Source: Eledone cirrhosa
Taxonomy: Eukaryota
Direction: 5' to 3'
DNA: 64,000 nt
NCBI GenBank assembly: GCA_964016885.1
Contig: OZ024743.1
Span: forward strand, 86,676,001-86,740,000
Shown: positions 24,890 through 39,687 of the stretch, one piece after another
Layout of the letters: each line of letters opens with the position of its first letter
Position numbering within the stretch: the stretch's first letter is position 1
Program-made: the position numbers and the translations under genes
The notes under the pieces: generated by a model
The model's input: only the letters and a program-made list of their open reading frames with translations
The model's database searches: none
Told to the model about the DNA's origin: nothing

Positions 24890-25824
24890 TTAACCTTTTC
24901 ATTGCCATATTGCTAATGAAAGACTGTCTAGTGTTGAAAATAATCAAGAATTTTGAGCCATTTAGTAATATAACTAACTGGATTGGCAGAATCAGTAGAG
25001 CGTCAGACACCATGCTTCACAGCAGAGAGTTACGGCTCTTTATGTTCTGAGTTCAAATCCTGCCGAGGTTAGTTTGCCTTTCATCCTTATGGGGTCAATA
25101 AAATAAAGCACCAGTAAAAACTGGGGTCGATTTAATTGACTTTCCCCTCCCCTTCAAATTTCTGGTTTTGTGCCTAAAGTAGAAACAATTATTAAACTGA
25201 TGTTTGAAACAAAAATTATCATAATGCTACATAAAATTATGATGGAAAGTTTTTAGATAAATATATGATGGAGGCACATGGCTGTGTGGTTAGAGCATTG
25301 GCCTTACAATTGAAAGGTTGTGAGTTCAAATCTCAGACCAGGTGATGTGTTGTTTCCTTGAGCAAGACACTTTATTTCACATTGCTCCAGTTTACTCAGC
25401 TGTAGAAATGAGATGATAGGGACTGGGGTCCATATCATTCCACTGCAAAGTAGTCGTGGAGGTGCCATGGCAAAAAAGCACCCAGCACTCACTGTAAATA
25501 AGGTTGGTGTTAGGAAGGGCATCCAGCTGTAGAAATCAAGCCAGAATCAGTTCCCGTCCCACCCTTGCAAGCAGGGAAAAGCGGACGTAAAATGATGATG
25601 ATGATGATATGCACTTTAACCCTTTCATTACCATATTTCTAATGATTTTGAAAATAATCAAGAATTTAGAGAGATTTAGAAATATAACTAATTTTCTCAT
25701 TATTAAAGCTTCTTAAATAAAATTATGATGGAAAGTTTGAATCAAATATCAACATTTAAAAATAAATAGCTTTATATCATTGAACGAGAAGAGTTTTCAG
25801 TTGATTTGGTATCAAAAGGAGTAA
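24890..25824. mobile_element. Nested cluster: TTAA-type MITE copies, Nin SINE (24979-25193) and CORE-like SINE (25268-25607)
   Basis: TTAACC(C/T)TTTCATT(A/G)CC starts at about 24890 and 25616 with shared internal sequence; the first copy is interrupted by the SINEs. Confidence 0.65.
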
Positions 25825-26789
25825 GGATAAAGATAAAATAATGGACACAAAAAAAAAGGTCATGTTGCACTTTCATATAACCCCTAAATTTAATATTTCT
25901 ATATAAAAGGTTAATTATATAACCAATACTATGCTAGTTGATACATTGATCTTTCATGATCAATCAACCCTTTGAAACAATTGTAAAACAATGAACTAAT
26001 TAACTACCTACGTCTGACTTCTCTTTTGTTTTCATTGTCCCAAAAATGTATACACACTTTGATTACCTGTACAGGCAATATTTATTAGAATGCTGTTGAA
26101 GTGTATATACATTTTTGGGGGACACCCCGAATACATGATTTTGTAACCTTAGCAGATTCGTCTTCGTGGAATCCTTAAGCTGTGGTCACCTACTACAAAA
26201 ACTACTGGTCACACAGCCTAACCATTTTTCCAAGGACAAATTAAGTTCTAACAACGTTATCAGCCCCACCACAAGCAGGTGGAATACGATATAAAAAGTT
26301 AATTATTAAATTCAGCAAGAAGTCTACAATAAGATCAAACCTTTGACAGTTATTTTAATACTAAATATTGCACTTTAGAAGAAGGATGTATCTAAATTGC
26401 ACATTACATATGGGTTAAAAATGCTTTTGAAGTTGGCCTAGTTAAAGATTTTTTCTCATTCTCTCACTTCATCACATGAGAGGACAATATCATTTTAATG
26501 TCTCTCTTTCATCTCCTGGAAATGTTGCAGCAGATGTCCTTGTATATGACAAACATGTTGGCTGTAGCACAGCATAAATAAAAAACAAAACATTCTTCTG
26601 CAGCTGCTAAAGGGATATCTACCAACTGCATTTTAACAAAGGAGTTAAAATGAGAGAAGAAAAAACACATGATGCTGAGTGCTTAAATGAGGATAGGAAG
26701 GAAAGGGTGAGGATTGTTAAGCAATGACGGAAAGGAGGAAGGGGAGAGGGTAACAGACTCTACACATAAGTCAGAGTGGTGCTTTGACT

Positions 26790-28020
26790 GTGTCCTGTGG
26801 ATGAAATGGCAAAGGCATTACCACAGACAATGGCCAGCGACACTTGCAGGGCTCCTTCCTCAGATGGGCTGCTGTCATTTCGATTTTATGGAGGAGGTCA
26901 GTTGTACAGGGCCCCAAGAACCCCTGAGGTTTTGACGGTGACCAGTGCAAAGAGGAAGCAGTTGGATAAGCGCCGCTATTTGCTTATCTTCCTGTCCTCT
27001 GTATTGCGGGCCGCAGTACTGGGGTTTGTGGCTAAAGTGACAAGGTTGGAGGTGGAGAATGTGTCACAGCATGTTGCATCCCAGATAAGGGATTTACCCT
27101 CCTTGAGTGGGAAGAGGGTAATTCCACTGGGGCGCTTGCCGTCTGGTAGTGTGGGGAAGCCTGCTGTGTGTAGGCTCTTTTTATTATACCGTTCAGAGCA
27201 GCATGTTGGGGGAACTGGCCTGTGCTCTGGTAGCATGATAGTGAGTGCAGGCCGAACTCATTGACAACAGAATCACAACATTTGTGTGGCCCGCACATGC
27301 AGAGGCCTAGGCGTTGAGCCACTCCGATGTAAGTGTACACATTATCAAGGGTACCAGTTGATAAAGAGGGCACCGAATTGAGTCACATGCTGCTGTTTGG
27401 CTATGAAGTGGAATGGAGGCAGGTGAGGTGGTGTTAGTCCAAACATCACAATGTTCCTGAAGGAAGACCAGCACTTGATGCCGTCCCAATTATGTTGGAC
27501 ATTTGCATACTGGGGGACAGAGAGGCCTTCATTGGTTCAATTGACCTGAGCTAACTTCAGTTCTAGTTCCGTGTCAGACTCTGCCACCTTGCTGAGGACT
27601 TCGTGGATGAGGGTGCGACTGGAGGAGAGGTAGGCCAGCAGTGCCAGATGAGAGGCTGATGCCACTGAAGCTCACAGGGAGTTTCGCCTGTTGCCAGCTG
27701 TTGAAACTAACATTGTAGATGAGTTCCGAACAGAGTCGGATGGTGGTATCGAATTCACCGAGGTGATCTGTGAAAGGGTGACATGGCGTACCACGCAGCA
27801 TGAACAAGAATTTAGGAAAAAGCACTGGGTGCGTATCATGGAGACGCAACCTTTCTGTCATCCTTATTAGGTATGCATGTTTGGTCTCCAGGCACTCTCA
27901 TATGGCTTTCAAGAGAATTGGAGAGCTGAGAATGCAGATAGCGTTAGCTGAGCCCTGGGTAAAATGGGATAGATGCTGAGGCAGATTGGCGCAGAGAAGA
28001 CTGTTGGTGAGAGCTCTGAT
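26790..28020 (-). mobile_element. CRE-clade non-LTR retrotransposon remnant
   Basis: Fragments PKFLFMLRGTPC, WQQAKLPVSFSG, QRLGL..CGPHKCC...GLHSLSC...HAALNGII, DGKRPSGITLFPLKEGKSLIWDATCCDTF (zinc knuckle plus RLE signature); multiple frameshifts. Confidence 0.8.
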
Positions 28021-28350
28021 ATGTGGACCGTTATATATAATCAAAGAGCAAGGATGCTATCGCCCACTGCAATGCTCTGATTGTTGGCTTACTTCCAAGT
28101 GGGAAACTCAAGTGCCCCTTGTGGTGTGTGATTGAGTGTGTGGGTCTTCACACCCAACTTTTTTTTTTAATTTCATTTTGACAATTCGGATAGCGTTTTT
28201 TCTTCTACCATTTACTAGTTTGGAATATTATATTAACCGTCTATAGTCAATAATACGGGTGTCATTTGAAGAAATAAAAAAGTTATCCTCTTCGTTTAAC
28301 AAAGCGAAAGTAGAACGTTATAATCAAAGAACGTTTATATCTAAATTAAC

Positions 28351-28661
28351 ACTCTCGGATCCCATATAATGGGGGGGGGGCTTGTTAAATCGGTAATTAT
28401 TCTAGGTTGCATTCGTTGATTTTTCTAAAAACCAGAATTAGTCGTTTAGTTTACATATTGAGACCCCCCCAACCCATCCTATTTATTTTATAACCTATGG
28501 GATTTTTAGTAATATTCTTTTTTTTGTCATTTATAATGTTTTTAATGTCTAAAGAAAATGAATTGTCGCAGAAATGCTACTACTTAAAATAAAATTTCGC
28601 CGGAGATAGATTAGCAAAATTTAATAAGCGGGGGTTGGGGCATTATTCGAGACCCGAGAGT
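28351..28661. mobile_element. MITE (Tc1/pogo-like termini)
   Basis: ACTCTCGGATC...GACCCGAGAGT termini; a second, inverted copy lies at 54608-54940. Confidence 0.7.
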
Positions 28662-29313
28662 ACACATAATCAATCAATCACATATATACAGTTTTTAAAT
28701 ATGTAGTACGGTCGAACTTAGGTAATTAACATATTTATCTCCTTCCTAACACACATCCACTTAAATTTAAAATCTGCACAAACCAAATCACAGGAATGTT
28801 TGTTGTCCTTTTAATCATGTGAGCCCATCAGGCGGCACATTTTATATGTATGTGTATAGTGATATCGTAATACTACACACGCACATATATATATGTGTGT
28901 TTATACCTCCCTACTTATGTAAATCTATACCAATACAATAGAGGCACACGTAGTCACGTACAAAGACACACACACATATATATATATACACACATGTGTG
29001 AGTGTGTATGTGTTCATGTACATACCCTCCCTCATATACACACTCACATGAGTCAATATTAATACGATAGAGGTACGCAAACACACATACATATACATAA
29101 AAAAGAGGGAGAATCGTCATAACGAACGCGATAACAAAGTTTGTTATAAATAGGAGCCTCTTACTCAAGATAAAACACAATACTTAGGACAACATATCAT
29201 ATACACATATTCGGCTTTGTCGAAAGAAAATCAACTACTATTATCAACTAGAATCAACATCATCGATCACCACAGCATTATCCATTGATCTCAACAGCAA
29301 TAGAACAATTATA

Positions 29314-29448
29314 ATGAAATTATTTCTATTTTTGTGTTTAGCTAGCTTCTGTTTAGCAGTTAGCAGTGTTCTACCGCCAGATAACGTATTAAGGTTCAAG
29401 CCCCAACGAGATAATACAGAACAGGCTCTGATGATTTTTAGAAAATGG
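29314..29448 (+). CDS. GM2A: GM2 ganglioside activator-like, coding exon 1 (signal peptide plus pro-segment)
   Basis: MKLFLFLCLASFCLAVSS hydrophobic leader; 135 nt ending TGG|GTAAGT; phase 0 matches exon 2. Confidence 0.75.
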
Positions 29449-29830
29449 GTAAGTTATTTCACTCTTCCTATCTCCCCTTGTTTGTCTCTTAATCAGCAAA
29501 TCTATTTATCCACATAATCTATAATATCGATACGAAACATTACCTAAATATTTGTTCACATTAGAGAGGTTGCCCAGTACTCGCGACGATGCTGTCTTTT
29601 GCTCTGGTGTTGGCTCCGTTGTTCACCCCTTCTTTTACATTTTCTTTAATATTGTAGCATTGAAGGAATATATCTTTCATTATATCATCCTTTGTAGTGT
29701 TACCGAGGCATTTGTAATGTTATTTATGTATATATTTGTTCCCATATCTGGGAGTATCATGCATAATGGATCTCGTTTAAAAAAAAAAAGAATTCTTTTA
29801 TCGATCCGTTTCACTGATTCATTTACATAT

Positions 29831-29872
<42 letters not shown>

Positions 29873-30529
29873 CGAAGGAAGTGTGGTAAGGAACCAGGTG
29901 GACTATAACGCACCAGAGTACTCGAAGCATGCATGACTGAATTTGTGAATCTGATGAGATATTTTCTTCGTTCAGTTATTTCTGTACTCTATACAGATAC
30001 AATTTAATAGCACACACATCTATATATCCATATCTCTCTCTATATATAATCGAAGTTGTAAAATCTCGAAATAAATAAATAAATATGACCAATGGTATGC
30101 ATGTTATTTTTGGGCGCAGTTGTAAAGCACCTCAGCTATGCAGTCACGACAAACATGGATGTCATATGAAAAAAAAACAATTAGTCTTTTCTACGAAGCC
30201 CAAACTGTTGATGAGTTGTAGTGCACCCGAGCACTGTACACAATAATTTTCCTTATTATTTCATAAAAATGGTGATAACAGGGTTAACAAAGTTCCCCCA
30301 ACGTTCAAACTACTGTGCTTCCCTCAACATGCATTCTTTCAATGAAATGAAAAAAATATACTATTTACACAAGAAATAAACCTCAGCCATTATTCACAAT
30401 ATATATATATATATGTAGAAGACTGGAAGGTAATATCCGCAGTGGTAGAGCACTCAGTCCATAATACGAGTTAGGTAGAAGTGGTAACACAACAGTTAGT
30501 TCACCATACCGAGAACAATTGTTTCCACT

Positions 30530-30561
<32 letters not shown>

Positions 30562-32169
30562 AAAAGAGTCAGGTTCCCGACGGCTGAGCTCCGGCCGTTT
30601 CGACAGCTAGTCGGTATGGAAAGAAATGTTAGTGTTAACTGACATTGAAAAATACATATTTTACTGAAGTTAAAATAAAAAGTGTGAAACAAGATATAAA
30701 TTAAGTAACTAAGGAGGGGGCGACATGTTATAACCGAAAACATTTGTGGAGGTGGTTGCTCGAGAGAAATCCTGTTTTTAATCTTACAAGTCATGTAGGT
30801 GGCAAATATTGGTTCCGGCTCTCACTGCTCTGAATTCAAATATAGTCGAAGTCAACTTTATCTTTCATCCTTTCGAAGTCATTAAATAAAATACTATCCT
30901 AGAACTGAGGTCGATTCTTCCTCTATATATCTTTCGAACTTTCTCTCCCCAGAAGAAATCGGGTGTGTTCACACCGAGAGAGTTAGGGCTCGTATATTCA
31001 TGATATAGCACTACAAAACCCAAAGGCTGAGCCAGTTTTTCCCCAATGCTGCAGTGTTAGTAATGAATAGATGAGCCAGAAGTTTGTCCAACACATGGAG
31101 GTGGAAACATCTAGTGTACTGGGTCCCAGTACTGCCTCCCTGCTTATTGCGATCGTGCTATCCGAAAAAAAAAAGGTGGTAGTGGATAACATTAACCCTT
31201 AGTCTAAATTTTAGGTTATTTCGGGCCCACTCTGGCAATCTTTCATTTCACTGCAATAACAAAAGAGGGCCCCTAGTCCCCACGTGGCCTCTAATCAGCC
31301 TTATAAATAAAACGGCCCTCCGAAGGGTTAGTCATAAAAGAGCAGATTCCTTTCCTCACGGCATACATATTCAGTTTCATGAACTTGACCGTATATTTAC
31401 TGATGCAAATAGCCAGTTTTCCTATGACGACATTCCCAATACCATACGCTCTACACTATAACTAAAAAAAAATGTGTTAGTCAAAACGCCAACATCTTTA
31501 GTGTACTTGCTCAGAATTGACTTACGGTTAACAAACAATGATAACAATAAGTTAAATCCGACAGAGAAGGTTAAAAATAAAGATACAATGTCCTAGTTAT
31601 TGAAAAGGTTAAAAGACATCGGTGTCACTGGTAATTTGGACACAATGATCATAAAAGTTAACGGGTAACGGTGTCACTGGTAATTTATACCCGGTGCTCA
31701 GAATTCCATATACCACTTCCTAATTATCGAAAAGGTTAAACGATATTATACATACACACACACATATATATGTGTATCCCGGGTTCAATCGTGGGTAACC
31801 ACAGTAAGTAGGGTACTCAATACATAGCAGAGTATAAATGTTTAATATATAGAAATGGCTTCTACAAGACTAGAGCTGTTTCGTTCGAAGGAAATCACCA
31901 CGAAAGCCGACCGTCAATGTGATATGGTGGTATTAATACATTTTCTGGTGGTAGGGGAAGGTGATGATTGGGATGGGTGGAGGTCATTGATAGATGGATT
32001 TAAAGAATGGGGATTCTTGGAAAAAACCATATTTAGAGAAAAATACATAGTGATGCAGAATGATACAAAATTTCAAGGTTCATTTATTCTAAGCAAACGA
32101 AGGCTGTATTAACACTCTTTGTTAAAGGATGGTGAAGTCTGCAAATTGGTCGGGTGTTTACAATCACAC

Positions 32170-32299
32170 ACATATATGTGCGTGTATAATGTATGTTTGT
32201 GTGAATGTATGTATATATGTATATATGTATGTGTATATGTATATATGTGTGTATATATGTGTATATGTATATATGTGTGTATATATGTATGTATATATC

Positions 32300-32344
<45 letters not shown>

Positions 32345-33536
32345 ATATATGTGTATATGTATGTATGTATGTATGTATATATATATGTATGTATGTATGT
32401 ATATATATATGTATGTATATATATATATATGTATGTATATATATATATATGTATGTATATATATATATATGTATGTATATATATATATATGTATGTATAT
32501 ATATATATATGTATGTATATATATATATATATGTATGTATATATATATATATGTGTATGTATATATATATATATATATGTGTATGTATATATATATGTAT
32601 GTATATATATATATATATATGTATGTATATGTATATATATATATATATATGTGTATGTATATATATATATATATGTATGTATATATATATATATATATGT
32701 ATGTATATGTATATATATATATATATATGTGTATGTATATATATATATATGTGTATGTATATATATATATATATGTATGTATATATATATATATATATGT
32801 ATGTATATGTATATATATATATATATATGTATGTATATGTATATATATATATATATATGTATGTATATGTATATATATATATATGTATGTATATGTATAT
32901 ATATATATATATATGTATGTATATATGTATGTATATATATATGTATGTATATATATATGTATGTATGTATATATATATATATGTATGTATATATATATAT
33001 ATGTATGTATGTATATATATATATATGTATGTATGTATATATATATGTATGTATATATATATGTATGTATGTATGTATATATATATATATGTATGTATGT
33101 ATATATATATATATGTATGTATGTATATATATATATATGCATGTATGTATATATATATATATATACATGCATGTATGTATATATATATATATGCATGTAT
33201 GTATATATATATATATGCATGTATGTATATATATATATATGCATGTATGTATATATATATATATGTATGTATATATATATATATGCATGCATGTATGTAT
33301 ATATATGCATGCATGTATGTATATATATATATATGCATGCATGTATGTATATATATATATGCATGCATGTATGTATATATATATATGCATGCATGTATGT
33401 ATATATATATATGCATGCATGTATGTATATATATATATGCATGCATGTATGTATATATATATATGCATGCATGTATGTATATATGCATGTATGTATATAT
33501 ATATATATGCATATATATATATATATGCATATATAT
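32170..33536. repeat. (TA)n/(TATG)n/(TGCA) compound microsatellite
   Basis: Directly visible; generates the spurious YI/MY ORFs. Confidence 0.97.
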
Positions 33537-34154
33537 GTCAGGTCACCAGTTGGTGCTACTGGTAACATGTATCCCAGTACAACCTGTCCCATGGTCGGGT
33601 CGTTGGCGACTAAACTGGCAACCCCACCAAGGTTTCTTGGTGAGGAGGGTGACTTTGGACATCCTGCAGGACTAAAAACAAAACCTGTCAAAAAAAAAAA
33701 AAGGCAAAGGAGCTCTTAAGAGTCAATGGCCATCCAAAATCACCGGGAGAGATGACCCCTTAGCCTTTGTCAAGGCAGAATTCTAGGAGAAGGAAAACTC
33801 TGATATAACACCTGCAACCCTGATGGTATCCAATGATGTTGACTTGTTCTTCTTTTTGGTAAATATCATCTTGGTTAAGAGAGTGGGACTGGCTTTGTGC
33901 AGTGCCTTTGCTCACTATAAAAGCTTCACGGCACAGGCATTGCTTTATATCTGGAGATCTCTCTGCACTTGTCGTCACATGGTACCATGGGCCCAGCACT
34001 ATGTGTCAGTAATTGTCACAAGTGTAGTGTTTGTACCAGAGTTTTCAAGTCGCTGGCTGGACTAAAAAGTCACACTCGTTCAGCGCATCGGTAGGGGTTC
34101 TCCTACATGGATATAAAGTAGTGGCCGTACTCGAAAACGAGTTGGCAGGCACCA
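33537..34154 (+). mobile_element. Non-autonomous bipartite RTE derivative (5'UTR joined to 3' end)
   Basis: RTE-like 5' motif CTAGGAGAAGGAAAACTCTGA; terminal C2H2 finger [25 protein letters not shown] at 34017-34094; end GTACTCGAAAACGAGTTGGCAG.CACCA. Further copies at 62917-64000. Confidence 0.65.
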
Positions 34155-37437
<3,283 letters not shown>

Positions 37438-37439
<2 letters not shown>

Positions 37440-38235
37440 CCCCATATCGACCCAATAGAGGGACCAGCAGTGTTAGTCGAGGGGAGTATAATAAGTAAGG
37501 CAATCAAGGATATGAAGACGGGTAAGGCGGTTGGGCCTTCGGAAATAGTTGCTGAGATGCTGAAGGCATCTGATACGGTGGGACACACCATGGTCACCCG
37601 CATAGTTAACCAAGTCGTACAGAATGGGGTTGTTCCGAAGGACTGGCATAGCAGCATCATCGTTAACTGTTATAAGGGTAAAGGAGACGCCCTAGATAGG
37701 AGTAACTATAGAGGCATTAAATTAATCGACCAGGTCATGAAGGTCACGGAAAAAGTAATAGCGCAACTAATCAGAGAGAGAATTGACCTAGATGAAATGC
37801 AGTTCGGGTTTGTGTCAGGCAAAAGTACCACAGACGCTCTTTTCATAGTACGACAACTACAGGAGAAGTACCTAGCTAAAAGTAAACCCCTCTACTTAGC
37901 TTTTGTTGATTTGGATAAAGCCTTTGACAGAGTCCCCTGCTCCATTATCTAGTGGGCTCTTAGAAAACTAGGCGTTGACGAATGGCTTGTGAGGGCTATA
38001 CAAGCCATGTATAAAGAAACAGTCAGCAAGGTTAGAATTAACAACGAATATAGTGAAGAGTTTAGCGTAAAAGTTGGCGTCCATCAGGGCTCTGTTCTCA
38101 GCCCCCTACTATTTATTATTGTCCTTCAGGCTATAACAGAGGAGTTCAAGACAGGCTGCCCATGGGAACTCCTATACGCAGACGACCTGACACTCATAGC
38201 GGAATCAATGGCCGAGCTAGAGAAGAAATTCCAAT
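37438..38235 (+). mobile_element. RTE LINE reverse-transcriptase fragment
   Basis: KGKGDALDRSNYRGIKL, QFGFVSGKSTTDALF, AFVDLDKAFDRV, GVHQGSVLSPLLF, LLYADD; in-frame stop at about 37950. Confidence 0.92.
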
Positions 38236-39040
38236 AGGTTTTACTATGTATTTAGGTAAGGCGGGTCTTCTCTATTACTGAGTACCGCCAAAGGTCTCGG
38301 TCCAGTGACATTGTCTTGGAGAGGTGTAAGTGTGTGAGGTCGGAGTTTATCAGCTCGTCCCAGGTTTTTCTAGGTCTGCCTATTCCGTGGCTACCGTCTA
38401 TCTTTATTGCCCTGCACTTTGTTATACAGCTATCGACTTTCATGCGCATCACGTGTCCATACCTAACGGAAGCTGTCCACTATTTCTATAGAACCCTCTG
38501 CGCAATTGAAAGAGCTAGTATTTTGTGGGCACTTGCTGCTACTTATTGCACCAGAACACCGGCCACATGTGAAATCTATGTTCTTAGTTAGCTTACCTGT
38601 GATCCCACTACATCTTTTATGCACCCATACTTTGCATTTAGGACATAAAATGGAGTTTCTACCTACGCCTTTCCTAGACACCGAGCACGACCATTTCCCA
38701 GAAGGGACCGCCGCCTTGTTTTCTTTCCTACAAACTAGTACTTTGGTCTTAGCCAGGTTAATTTTAAGTCCTTTTGACTCTAGGCCGTGCTTCCATGTTT
38801 GGAATTTCTTCTCTAGCTCGGCCATTGATTCCGCTATGAGTGTCAGGTCGTCTGCGTATAGGAGTTCCCATGGGCAGCCTGTCTTGAACTCCTCTGTTAT
38901 AGCCTGAAGGACAATAATAAATAGTAGGGGACTGAGAACAGAGCTCTGGACGCCAACTTTTACGCTAAACTCTTCACTATATTCGTTGTTAATTCTAACC
39001 TTGCTGACTGTTTCTTTATACATGGCTTGTATAGCTCTAT
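38236..39040 (-). mobile_element. RTE LINE fragment, inverted, with internal deletion
   Basis: LLYADD...PHD-like Cys cluster, then a jump at about 38462 to GHVMRM...GRPRKTW...IEKTRLT*. Confidence 0.9.
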
Positions 39041-39687
39041 ATATATGTATATATATGTATGTATATATGTGTGTGTGTTTATGTATGTATATATATGTGT
39101 ATATATGTATGTGTGTATATGTATGTGTGTGTGTGTGTATATGTATGTATGTATGTATATATGTGTGTGTGTGATTTTAAACACCTGACCATTTTGCAGA
39201 CTTCACCATCCTTTAACAGAACATGTTAATACAGCCACTTAATGAAAACCCTTTGTTTCTGGGTAGGTTTCTACAGCTAGATGCCCTTCTTAACACCAAT
39301 GACATTTACATCATTGACTGGGTGCTTATTATCGTGGCACCAAAATGACCAACTGATAGTTTGGACTGGGTACTTTTTCATTGCACAAGCACCTTACAGG
39401 GTAGACCAGGCGCGTTTTGTTGTGTCACCAACATGACCACTTTACAGGGATGCTGAAGAGTCCTTCAGACCTTTTCTTTGGTTTCTAACATTAGCACAGG
39501 GCCAGCAATTTTGGGGAGGAGGCAAGTTGATTAAATTGACAACAGTACTCAACTGGTATTTTGTTTTATCGAACTCAAAAGGATGAAAGACAAGTTTGAA
39601 CTCAGAACAAATTCTGCTAACTTTTGTCTGACACTTTAATGACTACCAATTCACTGCTCTATTTTATTTTGTAATAATGGTTTCTAA

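Noticed and set aside
29945-29990. CTGATGA core
   Set aside because: No stem II-GAAA follows.
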